Shown piece after piece: positions 35,699 through 50,455 of a stretch of 64,000 nucleotides of DNA. The DNA is from Callorhinchus milii. Taxonomy: Eukaryota. The first letter of the stretch is position 1, and every line of letters begins with the position of its first letter. A program made the position numbers and the translations under genes. A model generated the notes under the pieces. That model saw nothing but the letters and a program-made list of their open reading frames with translations. It searched no databases and had not been told where the DNA came from. The stretch lies in assembly GCF_018977255.1 (NCBI RefSeq), contig NW_024704743.1, positions 11,038,001 through 11,102,000 on the forward strand, given 5' to 3'.

Positions 35699-37735
35699 AA
35701 CCACGAGGAGAGTCTAAAGGTGTGATTTGAAAATGATGCCAGCAGTGACTTGATAACTCAGAAGTCAATCATCCTTTCAGCATGAGAAAACGTGGCTTGC
35801 TATATTTTATGGATTTTAAGGATCCCAGCAAAGCTTCACTATATAATAATCCTTGCATTTGCCATATTGAAGAATAATGGGAAAAGATTAGGGATATAAG
35901 AGTAATATATAATAATTGAATATAATAAGAATAATCTTTGCATTTGATATAGCGCCTTATCACGTCATTGAGATGTCTCACAGAATATACTGTAAAACAA
36001 CCACTAGACTCTCAGAAGTTTGACAGCCTTTGCTGCGCTGATTCTTTGATTTGCTCCAGGTTTTTGAGGATACAGCTCTAAATCACTTTTGATGCTTATT
36101 ACAAATGAATTGACATTGTTTGGCTTTCTCTCTGAAACACTCATTCCAGCAACTCAAATCATAAACCTTATCATGGTTCATTGACTTTGCTTTGCACAAC
36201 TGGCATTGTAACTGCTACATTTAGAAATATTAATTTTCCCACCCCCTCCTTAAGGATCAAATTCCAGGTCTAGGAAACAAGCCACTCTATTGAATTGCTT
36301 ACATAACAGGGAAAGTCTGAGAATAACAGTCTTTACAGTAATGCTGCCTGTCGACTCAAAAATTTACATGCAAATTGCAGTGGGTGCATTGAAGTGGGAA
36401 AGCCTCCGCGTCTGAATACTCTACACTTCTTTAAAGGTCTACCAGTGTCAATGTAAGACCCAGATCCATTTTAGGTATAATTATTTGTAAAAGTCTCATA
36501 ATTACAGGGGGATGCAAAGCAGCTGTATTTCATTACAAAAGCTCTTCCACAAATACAGAATATTCTTCAACGGACGCTATGGTTTTAGTAGAAACAATTT
36601 TCAAACGAATATGCAAAAGCTGTTCTGATACCATTGCAAACCATGTTGATTACGTGAGGAAAAACAGGAAAACCAGGTTGAGTTTGATAATAATAATTAT
36701 TGCGTTTGATATGACGTTATCCAGACATCTCAAAGTGCTTCATAGGATGTGTTACAAAAGGATGTAACAATGTGTATTGCTGGGCGAATGAGACCGACAA
36801 TTTGTGCACAGCAACGTCCCACAAACAGCCATAGAGAGAGTGACTACCTTTATGTGGTGGGTTGTCAGCCGGCACACCGATTATATAGAGGAATGAATGA
36901 AAATGAAGACAATTTCAATTAACATGCAGTTACATTCACATGAATATGAATTAACATCAATTAACATGACTGGCACAATCTGTCTCCAACAATTCTTTCC
37001 TTATGTTTCAGTAGAGTTCAATCACTTGACGGATGCACCTATGTGAAATTTATTGCAAGGATAGTTTCCCTTTTGTTGCTATATCATTGCTTGTCACAAC
37101 TTTAAGACTATTGTAAATCCATCTGAGATAGTATTCCTGTTCTCTTATCTCAGTCTTGTCACAAGGTTCAAGGTGTTGTAAATATGTTTTCACTTGAGAT
37201 GGCAATTTTACTGCAGTCTCTATTGCTGCACATTCCCATGTTACATCAGAGCTCATGAGTGCTCATGCATGTCTTTTTTCTCTCTCACAATTTCCACCCT
37301 CATGTAATTATATTTTGCCAGCAGCTCTACCAACAGAGACCATGAGCAACCCAGGACCCAGGCCCCCAAAGCACTAATTCTTCGCTCATGTTGGTGAGAG
37401 CCAATAGACTGTTTAACCATGAGGCTTGCTTTAGGTTCTTTGCCTAAACACACCCCATTGATGGATGAGCTTTCAGCCATTCTGCCCCCATTTTCTGGAA
37501 CTCCATCTCGGAGCCTATCCAAGTTGCCACCTTCCTCTCCAATATTAAAACCCATCTTAAGACCTCTTTGCCCCCCCCTCCCCCGTACCCTCTTCCCTCT
37601 TCCCCCCACCCTGGCTTGGATGTCCAGCTAGCTGTGTAAATCACTTTGAGATGTACTCCTGAGTACTGTGAATTGTACTGAATTGCAAATGCTCTCACCG
37701 AATATCCGAACACTTTTTTTTAACAAGGCTGCCAG

Positions 37736-37841
37736 GATCAGGATTGGGAATGCTGGCTGATTTTTCACTGGGCTATTTTGGGATATTTCGTCTAGTGTGC
37801 ATCTCGAGTGTCAGCCCATCTGAGATCAGCTGACTCAGCAT
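37736..37841 (-). mobile_element. MER131-like fragment
   Basis: Reverse complement tgctgagtcagctgatctcag...gaaaaatcagccagcattcccaatcctgatc. Confidence 0.55.
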
Positions 37842-37915
37842 GATAAAATAACAGTAATCCTTGAATATGACATAGCCTATAAAGTTGAAAAATCTTAAAA
37901 CAGGTAATTGACTTT

Positions 37916-38481
37916 AACAACAACAACAACAACAAGATTCCATTTATTGAGCGCCTTTCACGTCGGGAGGACGTCCCAAGGCGCTGTACAGTTGGGTCAG
38001 GACCCGAGCAGGGGGCAAATGGTCAGGGTGAGGGGAGGGAAGGGAGGGAGCGAGGAGGGGGTTGAGAGTCGAGAAGGGAGCTGAAGGCACGGTCAAAGAG
38101 AAAGGTCTTGAGACCGGCCTTGAAGGAGGAAAGGGAGGAAGCAGCGAAGGCACTGGGGGATAGAGTTCCAGAGCCTAGGGGCTGAGAGGCTGAAGACCCA
38201 GCCACTGATAGTTAGGGCGGTTGGGGCGGGGGATGTGGAGCAGACCGGAGCCAGAGGAACGGAGGGTACGGGCGGGTAGGTAGGGGGATAGTAGGTCGGA
38301 GAGGTAGGAGGGAGCAAGGCCGTGAATGGCCTTGTAGGTGAGGGTGAGGATCTTGAATTCGATCCTCTGGGGGATGGGGAGCCAGTGGAGGCGAGCGAGA
38401 GTGGGAGTGATGTGTTCCCGAAGCCTGGTGCGGGACAGTACACGAGCTGCAGAGTTCTGAATGACCTGCAGCTTGTGGAGG
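37916..38481 (-). mobile_element. L2 3' fragment (family with CTCCC-loop tail)
   Basis: APRLWNSIP, FKAGLKTFLFDRAF; tail ttgggacgtcctcccgacgtgaaaggcgctcaataaatgg...(TTG)n on the minus strand. Confidence 0.92.
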
Positions 38482-41400
38482 GAGTGTATTTACTGTGTAT
38501 TTGAAGGTCAATGTGGCAGCCAATATTCACATAGCAAGATCCAACACACAGCCATGAAGTGATTGGAAGATTGTTGGCCAGGACATCAAGAGAAACTCTC
38601 TTCTCTTTTCAAGTAGGGCTATGGTATTTTAACGTCCACTAGGGGAGCACCTCCAACAAACCTGGACTCAAGTGTCATTTTGGACTGTAAGATCAAGTGC
38701 CAATGTAGGGATTGAGTCCACAAATGTCTCACCCAGAAACTAGACAGCAGACACATTCATATCATAGGCTCTTAGGATTGGATGCACCCGGTCCACCCAA
38801 ACTTGTTCCTCAAAGATCTGATGATGACCTATTATCCACCAGAGATTAAATGACCATCTCTAGTCCATGATGAATTAGGCATTCGGGGATTCACTGGTTA
38901 CCTCGAGTCCATTGGAGTTAGATAATCTATCCAATCATGTAATCGTTTGCATATGTCAAATCATTGTTTAGGTCACAACTGGAGTAAAGCAGTCAATTTG
39001 GGGCATCTCACTTGAGGAAAAATGTTAACGCCTCGGAGGGGGTGCAGAGGAGATTTACAGGAGTGAAAAAGGGGATGAGTTATGTGTAGAAGAGAAGTTT
39101 GAGAAGGGACCAGATCGAGATTCATAGGTTCATAAGAGGTACAGATCTGAAACAGCCATTTAACCCATGCAGTCTGGTTGGTGTTTATACTCCTAGATCC
39201 TAATCCTATTCTCATATCCTGGCTCATCCCCATATCTCTCAACTTTACCCTCTCTTAACCATCTGGCCAATCTTTTTATCAAAGTGCACAAAGTTGCTGC
39301 CCCAACAACTGCCTGCGACAGAGAATTCAACAATCCTATCACTCTGAAAACCAAATTTCTTAATCTATGGTTTTACATAATTCTGAGGAGTTTTGACAAG
39401 GTAAATTGAAAGAAACTATTTCCATTGGTAGGAGAATTAGTGACTAGAGGACATATAAGAACGAAAGGACGTCCATGTGGCTCAGTTGCTCCTCCATCTC
39501 CTCGCCCTCTTCATTGCTGGAGAAGTCATACACAAGATAGAGGCTTGAAGGCATATGGGAATAAGGCAGGGTAGCGGGGTTGATTGAACTGTTGCAAACT
39601 TGATAGCTGAATGGCCTCCTTCTGTGTTGTAAATTTCTATGATTTCATACATACTGTGGCTATGGCTTCAGCTATGGGATCTGTACTTTTTGGCCTCCCT
39701 GACTCCTCCCTCATTCGGCTGCAGATCATCCAGAACTCTGCAGCCTATGTCTAATACCCCCATATATGTCTCGGCTCATAATATGGTCCAGTTGTAGTAT
39801 TTCTAGAAGAATCCATAAATATTGAAGGATGTGTGTGTCTGAGTGTTTAATGCTGACCCATTAGAACTCCGCTCAGAGTTCATCTCAGCCTAGCTAAACC
39901 AGTAGCACTCTCATCTCTGAGTCAGAAGATTGTGGCTTTGCATTCAAGCATCATGTTGGGACTTGGAACTCACATGCTGACCACCAATGCAATGCTTGGG
40001 GTGCTGCTGCATACTTCAGATGAGATGCTAAACTGAAGTCCTGTCTGCCTGTTCAGCTGGACGGTAACAATCCCTTAGAACGATTCAGAAAGAGAAGGGG
40101 TTATCTCCTGGTGGCATGACCAACAATTCCCCAAATAAAAGTGGTCATTGCATAAATTGTCTGCCTCATTCACCCATAAAACTCACAGTCACCATAATGT
40201 ACAGCATATGCTCTGAAGCTCTTTGGGGCATCCTTCTAACATAAAAGATTCTATACCAAATATAAGGATTAATCTCCTATCTCTTATCAGAAAAGTTGGA
40301 AATGGAGTTGGTTTCCAAGCGGAATTCTGCCTTGTTGCAAAATCACAAGGGAGATTGGGATGAAGAAGGTCCTTCAGCCCATTTAATTTCACCCGTCTAG
40401 AATGTTGACCCCATTGTCTTCCTATCACAGCACCAACAACAACTCGCATTTATATAGCGCACTTCATGCAGGGTAGCGTCACGGAACACTTGAAAAAACC
40501 CAATACAATTTACATTTATACAGCACCTTTCTGTGGAGAGGATGTCTCAACGCACTTGACACTGCTGGCTGCGCATCCAAGTTAGAGGTGAGAGCCAAGG
40601 TGGGTGGATGGGAAAGATGACCAAAAGTGCAGTCAAAGAGGTAAGTTTTGAGGTGGCTCTTGAATGAAGGGAGGGGAGAGAGAGAGTCGGAAGAATTTCA
40701 GAATTGGAGTTCCAGAGAGTGGGGCCAGAATGACTGATAGTTCTCCCACGGATGGTGAGGTGGGTATGACAAGGATATGAAGTAGCCTCTTAGCTCAGTC
40801 CAAGATTCTGGCCTCAACCATGCTTCTTAATAATTTCTTTCTTGTCGTTAATTAGCCACTAATTTTCAGATGTCTGTTCTGGAATTTCCTCAAATTTGCA
40901 CCCTCACATTCTGCTGCCTCTGAAGGTATTGTTTTAGGTTTACTTTCTCAACCAGGCTTAAACACATTGGAGCAGACACAGAAATCTATATATACAAACA
41001 GATGTCCTGGTCAAAAATCCTTGATTGTGTAAAATGGCTGCTGCTTTTGCCGACCCAAAATGGTCACTACACTTGAAGTTTAGTGCATGTGAAGCACTTT
41101 GAAATGTTTCAATGTTCTAAGGCCCTGTAAAAATATTATTATTTCTTTCTCATTATCTGTAATTCACTTGTGAAGTAAACTCAAGATTCCCTAAATATTG
41201 ATTGATATCTCCAGCAGTGCTCATTATCAGAATTGGATTGTCTAATTTATTTGGTACAGCATGTGGCAGTGTAGTGGAAGAATTGCTGAGAAAATTGTGA
41301 CTTCCTGTGCGCTGCATATGCCCAGTGCTCAGGAAATGATGTCGGCAGCCAAATGGTGACCCGGAAGGTGGCCATTTTGTGGCACACAAAAAGCCAGCCA

Positions 41401-41827
41401 GCATTTTGAAGTTTGACTTTCTAGGGGCCTTTTTGTATTTTCACACCCCAAACTATAGTGAATCCAGGTCATAATAAATCATGTTATAACAGGGTTCTGC
41501 TGATAAACATTAGGTGTTCTGAATGACCTGCTGGGAGCGGTAGTTGAGGGAGAATTGACATTCACGAGGGAACTAGACAGATACCTTAATAGGAGTCAGC
41601 TACTGGGGTATAGAGAAAAGATAAGTAAGTGGGACTGAAAGGCTTGTTCTTTAGTCAGTCAGCACAGATATGATGGGCCGAATGACCTTCCTCCGTGCTG
41701 TAAATTTCTATGCCTCTATTGCCTCAAACAATTGCATAGAATCCACACAAACCTCCATCTCTCCTATACTGCCCTCCTGTACTCCTATTCCCTTCTCCAT
41801 GAAGTATGCATCAACTTTCCTCTTAAA

Positions 41828-42229
41828 TAATAATAATGTTAATAATCCTTGCATTTGATATAACGTCTTGTCACATCTTTGAGACATCTCAAAGCCCTTC
41901 ATAAAATATACTGTACAATGAATTGACTACATATTTTGTGGGCAAAATGTGGCAGCCAATTGCGCACAGCTGTGTCCCACAAATAATCATGGATTGAGCG
42001 ACCAAATTATTATTAGTTTAAATTTTTAAAATTTATTTATTTATATATTTTGAAGGGATTATTACCCCCAGAAAAGCAATCCACCAATCAACTAACAACC
42101 AGATTCCTACTTACTGCTATGTAAACAGAGGTGTGTGTGAAGTAAGGAAACTTGCATGACGTTTCACCCTGCCCAGGAATCACATTATTTATGAATTGCA
42201 CCTCTAACCAATGCGATAAAGAACTCCAC
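41828..42229 (-). mobile_element. Long-form older tRNA-CORE-Deu SINE
   Basis: Tail, Deu block, attcctacttactgctatgtaaacagagg, agtaaggaaacttgc, degenerate head. Confidence 0.8.
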
Positions 42230-42291
42230 AATCTCCTATTGATCAATACATTGATATTCCTTTGCTTCAATCACTGCTTTGGCAGTGAGCT

Positions 42292-42860
42292 CCACATTAG
42301 AGTACATTAGAATACATTAGAATATACAACGCAGAAACAGACCATTCGGGCTAACTGGTCTATGCCGGTGTTTATACTCCACATGAGCCTCCTCAACAAC
42401 AACAACAACAAAATTACATTTATATAGCACCTTTCACGTTGGGAGGATGTCCCAAAGCGCTTTTTTCTCCTGTCATTCCTCAGCTAAGCCTTCAAGCATA
42501 ACCTTCTATTCCTTTCTCCCTCATGCTCATGTACCTATCCAGCTTCCTCTTAAATACATCTATGCTATTTGCCTCAACAACTCCTTGTGGTAACATGTTC
42601 CACATTCCCACTACTCTCTGTGTGAAGAAATTTCTTCTAACTTCCCTATTTGATCTATTTGTGACTATTTTATACTGATGGCCCCTGGTATTCATCTCCC
42701 TCACAAGTGGAAACATCTTCCCTATGTCTACCCTATCAAAACCTTTCATCATTTTAAAGTCCTCTTTCAGGTCACCCTTTACCCTCCTCTGTTGAAGAGA
42801 AAAGAATCCAAGCAAGTTCAGCCTTTCCTGACCTAACCTCTCAGTTCTGGGATCATCCTT
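42292..42860 (-). mobile_element. CR1 3' fragment with a small L2 tail inserted at ~42395-42462
   Basis: Minus ORF FSLQQRRVKGDL...RRNFFTQRVVGMWNMLP...FKRKLDRYM; (TATTCTAATG) tail. Confidence 0.9.
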
Positions 42861-45469
42861 GTGATCACCCCCTGCATAATAGGTCACCCTCTGCATAATG
42901 AAGTTCCTCCTAAACTCCCTTTTAGATATGCCTCAGGTTATTTATGTCCTCTAGTTTGGGATTCACCAAGAAATGGAAACAGCCTATCAATGGACCATCT
43001 TAGCGAAACTATAAAACAACACTAATCCAGGAAAAATGGTCTAACAATATTCTCATTACATGAACGTGAAATTGGAGAACTTGTTTTTTTAAATTCTCCT
43101 ATTGATAAGTATTCACAGTAAAGGTAATGACAGGTCTGCAGAGGAAGGTAATAAAATCTGTTTCAAACCAGCTTCTCTGTGACTGTTCAATTCAGCCCAT
43201 GATACTTATCTGCAGCTATCAAAGTATCAAATTTAATTGCGTGGAAGAAAAATAAATTCACAATACAGCATTTCTTTAACATGTTGAGAGGAATTCTGTG
43301 ATTTAATCCATGAAAGCTGAATACCAAAGATTCTTCATAGTTCACTGAAACAAAATGCCAGCCATCAAATAAATTGAAATGCTACCACCATAATCCACAA
43401 GCAGAGACTGATCAGAGTGTGTAGAATTGTGGAATTGCACTGCTAAAACATCAGCTCAAACCAGCTGCTTCAAATGGGTTTTGAGATGGTCTATTTCTGG
43501 TCAATTTAATGATGAGCAGACACGCTATGTGTCGCTCATTAGCTATCAAACAACTCGTTTCGGATTAAAAAACGTGCATTTTAGTACATGTCAATTTCAA
43601 AAGCAAGCACAGCTCCAAGTGTTTAAATAGGTTTGAAAGCTAGGCTTCTCCTATTAGTCTAAAGTGTCACTCTTTCATTTGATAACTCTGAATTCAGAAA
43701 AATATCTTGTTGCCATTTACACCATAAGTGATTCAGCAAGGTATATCAATATTTCTTGCTTTCAGTTAATACCGCAGGCAGATCAATATTCTTGTTTTTT
43801 TCCCAGAGTTTTCTCTGCATTAGCGATTGCACTGCATTCTATATACATTTTAGTTTCTATTGTTTTGTTTGGAAGCCTCTTCAATACACAGAGTTAAATA
43901 ATAAAATAAAGATCCTTCACAGCTTGAACTGAGTGTGTCCACCATCACACACAGTATGTTTTACAAAACTGAATCTACACAACCTCTAGTTCCATTTCAA
44001 ATATTATCCCCAGGCTGACCTTTGATTCACTGTAAAAAGATTTTAAAAGAGTTACTTGCTGCTCTGATCAACTGTCACCAGTTCTTACCAGTTGTAATGG
44101 TTTTTTTCTGTCTCTTTACATTAACAGATGTTCAGAGCTCACAAATGCAGACTGAATATAATATAATTATAATATATAATATAATAATCCATGTATTTGA
44201 TGTAATGCTTCATCACATTGATAAAGATGAGCTTCACAGGAATTAAGTGTGAAAGGTTCCAAACAAATGCAATTTATTGCACAACCTTTACCTATTACAG
44301 TATTAGGCATCTGTTGACATTTGGCCAAAATAATTAATTGTATTGGAATTCGAAAGACGCTCATTGATAAAGATAACGACTGCAGGGTGCAGTTCCTCTA
44401 TGTGGTTAGTCAACCCCATCAGGTTGTTAAAGTCCATTTTTAGTTTTCAATGCATCCACCTATTGTGTAATATCTGCAAAGGTGCTGCTTGGAGGCACTG
44501 TTTTGATTTGCCACATGACCTGCTGTTGAATATTAGAACATGGATTTGTATTTTGGCTTTTACACAATAGATGCCAGACTCAGTTAAACTATTCAAGCCC
44601 TGGACAAAATGATAAGTGAGTTCAAAGTTCCGATGTGGGGCTTCAACCCGCAACCTTTTGACTCAGAGAGTGCATCAGGCTGAGCTAGCCTGACACTTGC
44701 AGGGTTCTGTGTAGATGAAGAAAAATAGGTGGAGTCCTGTAGCTCAGTGGTTAGAGACCTGGGTATGATTCCTGGCAGGGCAAAATGCAAGTAATTAGCT
44801 GAAAATTGCCTCACAGTAAATGACCAATTTTGTCAGATTTTGTATGCAACAGGCTGTTGCATTTGACTACCAAAAACAACAATCAGTATACAAGACAATA
44901 ATTACTGTAGTTGCCTCAATTATTTGACAAGCTGTAAAACGCTTTGCGGTGTAAGGTGCTATTAAAATACAAGTTATTTCTTTCGGTCATTTTTTTCTCT
45001 TACATACAAAAGAAAATATCATTCAATATTCAAATCCTATGGAGCTCACTTTGGTTCAGCATATGTGGTATCAACATATTCTAACTTCAAGTCTTAATGG
45101 ATCCAATCAGACTTTCATTGGCACTTTTGGGAGCAATAGAGTGAGCACCAAGTCTAAATATATCCTCTTGGGGATGGGAGAAAGTGATTGGAGAGAAAAG
45201 GCCCTAAAAGCATCACAATTATTGTTCACCCGCTGGAAATAGTCATCCTGAGTTCATTCAGCTAATTCAATTTGATGGTGTCTGATACAAATTGTCCGCT
45301 AACTCGAGCAAGCTTCTTCTGACATTGTTTATAATGTGATTTCCCAAATAAACTGAGTTACGTGACTATCATGGTCTTGACTCACTGACTGGTATTGGTT
45401 GGTCCACTTCTGGTTCTAACCAAGGTTCTTGTAGTGGACACAATAGTGACACAAAAGATCACTTAATTG

Positions 45470-46125
45470 GAAGCCACTTACTTGGCTTTATGTCCAGAGA
45501 AATAGAATATAAATGCAAACAAGCAATGTTAAACTTACATAAACCATGGTTAGATTGCATTCAGAGTACAGTTCTGGTCTCCATACTATAGGAGAAATAT
45601 TGTAGCAATGGAACAATTCAGTGTAGTACAGTCTAGATTTACAAGGATTTTACAAGTGATGAGTGGGTACAGCTATCCAGGAAGACGGGACAGGTTGGAG
45701 CTCTTCTCTCTCTCTAGAGGGAACCAGATAGATGTATTTTTGCTTATGAAAGGATTTGATAAGGTGGATGTTGATACGTTATTTTCAATTGTTGACGAGT
45801 CCAAAACTAGAAGGGTAAGCTAGCTAACAGTAGATCTAATAGGAGGAACCACCTTATCCAGAGGATGGTGAGATGAGGAGCTCACTGCTGCAAGCTGTGG
45901 TAAAGTAAAAAGCATCAATGTATTTAAGAAAAAAACCTGATGGAAACCCACCCTCCTACCCCCGACATGAAAGGTGCTTTACAAATATAATTTTGTTGTT
46001 GCTTTGTTGTTGTATATATGAGGGAGATGGGACTAGAAGTGATGGAAATTTGTGTGGAGTACAAACACTGGTATAGACTAGTTCAGCCGAATGGCCTGTT
46101 TCTATGCCGTACTACTCTACGTAAC
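45470..46125 (+). mobile_element. Old CR1 3' fragment
   Basis: VQSRFTRIL...RLELFSL...LMKGFDKVD; gccgaatggcctgtttct 3' motif. Confidence 0.75.
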
Positions 46126-48120
46126 TCTTTCCTGCATTTGTGTATCTTCCAGAAAAGCACCAGTGGGTGAAGAAGTGGTGCTGGCTAGCTGCTCACCGTG
46201 TTGGTGGGGGAATGATATGTGGAGCAAGGCAGGCCGAAAAGAGACACAAATCTCTTACAAATTGACCCGGTGCAGTTCAAACAAGAAAAACGATAGTAAA
46301 CCATTTACAGCATGAGTCACATGCATCTATCTTTAATATCCAATGCACTTCACGGACCAGAGGAAAGTAGAACCAGGATAGATTTATCTTGTCTACTTTA
46401 TCTTGATTGATACTTTATTGGAAGTGCTTTATTTATGGATTACATCCTTTTCCCAGTGGGAAATGGATTGTTACACCAGGACTACAAAAGAACCCAGTAG
46501 ATCATCAGTGTCAATCTTTATGCCATTTTAAATGCTTAGCATGTTGGTACAATTGGCTATATGTCAACCCAAATCCATCTAATAGTCCAATAAATGTGAT
46601 GTTGGCAATGATGATTCAGCTCTTAATATTGCTGTTTTCATTTAATCTAATCTTTCTGAGGTATTCTTGTTCAGTGAGTGCTTTTGATACTCAGTTCGCT
46701 GCACTCAGCAGGATGTTGATTTAAATTCTGATTTACCTCTTGCACAGCACACAAAACCATAACATTTTATAGAATGCTATTCTGTCCATCATATCTGTGT
46801 TTGCTCTTTTAAAGGCGCTATATCAAATACAAGAATTATTATTAGACTTATAGAGGAAAGAAACAACTGTCAAGTGTAGACAAATGTGACAGCATGATTC
46901 CAGAAACAGTCATGTGTTCAACGAACAATCTAAAAGATGGATTCCCAGGACATCGAGAGGCACTTCCTTCTTTTTTTTCCAATAGTGCCAGGAGATCTTT
47001 AACATTTGGCGGAGCAGGCAGACTGAGCTCAATTTTATTGCTTTCTATGTAATATTTATCTGAAGCAGATACACATAGGCTATCAAAGAGCATATTTGAA
47101 AGCCTATGTGTATCTATTTCGGAGCTTTCTGCTCCAGGGTTATTTCATTCCTGGGACATTTATAATTGGCTGCTGCGTTTTGCCCACACAAATATATAGT
47201 CAATTCACTTTACAGTATATACAGGAAGCTTGTCAGCCAATACTTTCAAGGCAAGCTATGTGGTTTTACCTGGTTCTACTCCAGCAGTACATCAATAAAC
47301 ATTCTGGGATCCCCAAGTCTTGGCTCTGGCAAACCTGCATGTAATACTCTCCAAATTAGGGAGTGTGCATTCCATTTCAGACATTGGGAAACTTCTATGT
47401 GTAGGTAATAAACATATGTGGAATTCCCAGTGGCCTGGCAAACAATTCCCCAAATAAAAAAAATTAATCATTCACTTTAAGGCTGTTTATCTCCATGCAA
47501 AAAGTGTCTGCCACGTTCACCTAAATACAGAGTCACTACAATTTACAGTGAAGCACTTTGAGATGTCCTCCTAATGTGAAAGATCTATTTTTATGATCGT
47601 GCTTCTGTCAGGCGTTATATAAAGGCAAATTGTCATTGCTATTACTTAACATGCTCAAATCATATTTATTAACTCAAAACTGCATTGAGATGTCTTTCCG
47701 AGATGACAAAATATTGCCATGTAGATCAGTACTGACACAATGCAAAGTCAAGTATATGTAGCAGATGATCTCCAAGCCCCAGAAAATTATCACTAATTAA
47801 TTAATCTAAATCAGTTTCTGGCATGTTTTCATTTACAGCTGCAGTGTGCCATGGAGGAAGTGGCCTCAGTGATGTTTAATCATTTGATTTCAGACACATT
47901 TAGCCTCAGTTATTCGTGTAGAATATTTCAGCAAGAACAACAAATTATATTTCTATAGTGCCAAAGCGCTGGACGGTCAAAGATGGGCACCCGAGCTGGG
48001 GGTTCGTATCAGAAGGGGTGAAGGGAGGGGGTAGGAGGGTGACTCAAGCCAATGGTTTAATGTCTTCAGGCAGGCCTTGAAGGAGGCAAGGGAGGGGGCG
48101 TGGTGAAGGGACTGTGAGAT

Positions 48121-48980
48121 AAGAACATAAGAATTTGCTAGGCGAAAGAAGATCAAGGTCCATCTAATTTGCCTTCCACCATCCTGGTAGTCGCTTGACA
48201 CGTCATGCCCCAAATTATGCACTGTATCCTGAGATATTATTTTCTAGCAGAAATATATCTAACTTGTTCTTGTATTAAAACTGTCTTCCTAGGAGCCTGT
48301 TCCATAAGTTTACTACTCGTTCACTGAAGTAGCGTTTCCACAGATTACTTCTGAATTTGCCCCCCTTTAGTCATAGGCCATGTCCGCTGGTTCTACTGTT
48401 CAGTACAAGATAAAACAGTTTGCCATGGGCTACATTATCTATTTCCTTCAAAATCTTAAAGACCATAATCATATCGGCCCTCAACCTCCCTTCTCCAATG
48501 TGAACATCCCCAGTTTATCTACAACAACAACATTACATTTATATAGCGCCTTTCACGTCGAGAGGACGTCCCAAGGCACTGGACAGACAGAGTTTCGGAC
48601 CCGAGCTGAGAGTTTGGGTGGGGGAGGACAGGGAGATTGAAAGCACACTCCTTGTAGTCCAGTCCCTCCATCTCTCAGTCATTTTCATTGTTCTCCTCTG
48701 TATTCTCTCAATCACTGCAATATCCTTTTTATATCCTTCTTATATTGTGGTGACCAGAAATGCACACAATATTCCAAGTCCAGTCACACCAGTGATTTGT
48801 AAAGTGGCAGGATTACCCCACTATTTTGGCTCAATATTGTCCTTGTAATACAACATTACATCTGGTTTGCCTTACTTACTGCTATTGAGCATTGTTGGGA
48901 TAGCTTTAATTTATTATCAATCAGGATCCCCAGGTCCTTTTCGTTTTCTGTACAGATTATTTTCTTACCGTTTAAATAAT
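48121..48980 (-). mobile_element. Old CR1 3' fragment interleaved with L2 pieces (48520-48640; more at 48985-49205)
   Basis: aagaacataagaa tail, gaccagaaatgcacacaatattccaagt (reverse complement LEYCVHFW). Confidence 0.75.
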
Positions 48981-49347
48981 AAATAGACTTCCAAAGGGTG
49001 GGGGCAGAAAGGCTGAAAGCCCAACCACCGATGGTGGGTGGGTAGGGCAGGGAATGTGGAGCAGACCAGAGTCCGCTAAGCGGAGAGAGCAGACAGTCTG
49101 TTATGGGGTTAGCAGGTCACAGAGGTAGGGAGGAGCAAGGCCATTGAGGGCTTTGAAGGCGAAGACGAGGATTTTGACCTCGATCTTCTGAGGGACGGGG
49201 AGACAGTTGTAAGGTATGTTTTGACAAATGCAACGATTATTATTATTATACGCAGTGAATGTTGGACATGCTCTATTCATGTCCTTTCACTAACTGCCAA
49301 ATAGCATTCTTCTGTGCCATAATTTTGTATGGTTCTATGTTCCAAAT

Positions 49348-49521
49348 CAGCATGGTCCAACAGGCCACCAGTGGCCTGATAGGTGATTTTATGCGGCCCG
49401 AGACCATTTCCACCATTTCAACTTCCACTCCCTCCCTGGTAAACGTCTCCCCGGGCAGCGGCAGAGGCCGGCGGTTAGGAGGACACAGCATGTAGAGCGT
49501 TTATTGCAGTCTGTCAGGAAG
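49348..49521 (+). mobile_element. hAT-Charlie-like DNA transposon end, copy 1
   Basis: cagcatggtccaac...ggtgattttatgcggcccg resembles Charlie-type termini (CAG...TCCAAC plus GCGGCCC subterminal motifs); homologous to 52495-52684. Confidence 0.55.
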
Positions 49522-50139
49522 TCTCTTACCAACCCAACCAATGGCTCCGGCCCATGCTTGGGATTCATGTCATCTCACCACCTGCTCACAAATCGTTGTC
49601 TCTTTCTCCTCTCTAAACGACTGAACTAACATCAAATACTCCCTGGTTGACCTGGTCTCTCAGCTGCAGATTTTTATATGCATTCCTTCTTCGTGAACGC
49701 TTTAAAAAAAGTCTGAACAAGCTCAGTAAACATGTTTAATAGGTGTGTTTTTTCCTTTGAATTTGAAGACGAGGAATATTCGTCGCAGATTTAAACCTTT
49801 TTTGTAGGAATGAAAATCTTTCCATAAAAGGTCAAGGTCACCTTTAGGCCTAAACTTGTTTGTCCTGATGTGAAAGGCACTATATAAATGTACATTTGCT
49901 CAACCAATAGCTGATGCAACTTCAATTTCATTATTCCAATTGCACAGTAAATTTGTTGCATGTAGTTACTTTGCTTTGCAATGATTGCTACAATCATGTT
50001 ATAGTATTTCTCCTAGTTGAGATTACATGGAAATTTAAGAATACATGTAGTTCTTTCAACAGAGTGCAATATAGCCATTACCACACAAGTAATTCCTCTT
50101 GTATTAAAAGGAAAACATGTCCTCGTCATTGGGATAGGA

Positions 50140-50455
50140 CAACAACAACAACAACAATAACAAAATTACATTTATAGATTGCCTTTAACATCTGGAGGAC
50201 GTCCCAAAGCACTGAACACTCAGGTATCGGGGCCCGAGCATGGGGGAGGGGTGGGGTAGGGGTGAGGGAAGGCAGAGAGGTGAGAGGGAGACCAAAGGCA
50301 CGATGGAAGAGAAAGGTCTTGAAACCGACCTTGAAGGAGGCAAGGGAGGAAGCAAGGCGAAGGGATCGTGGGATGGAGTTCCAGAGTGTGGGAGCAGAGA
50401 GGCTGAAAGCCCATCAGGTCGGGAGAGAGACATGGAGCAGGCCGGAGCCCAATGA
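50140..50455 (-). mobile_element. L2 3' fragment
   Basis: (CAA)n, aggacgtcccaaagcactg, gcacgatggaagagaaaggtcttga. Confidence 0.85.

Noticed and set aside
49259..49495. Paralogous peptides MVQQA...RPETIST (also 52499) as duplicated exons
   Set aside because: Similarity is at DNA level, includes indels, starts in a CR1 tail and looks like a transposon terminus; no splice context.
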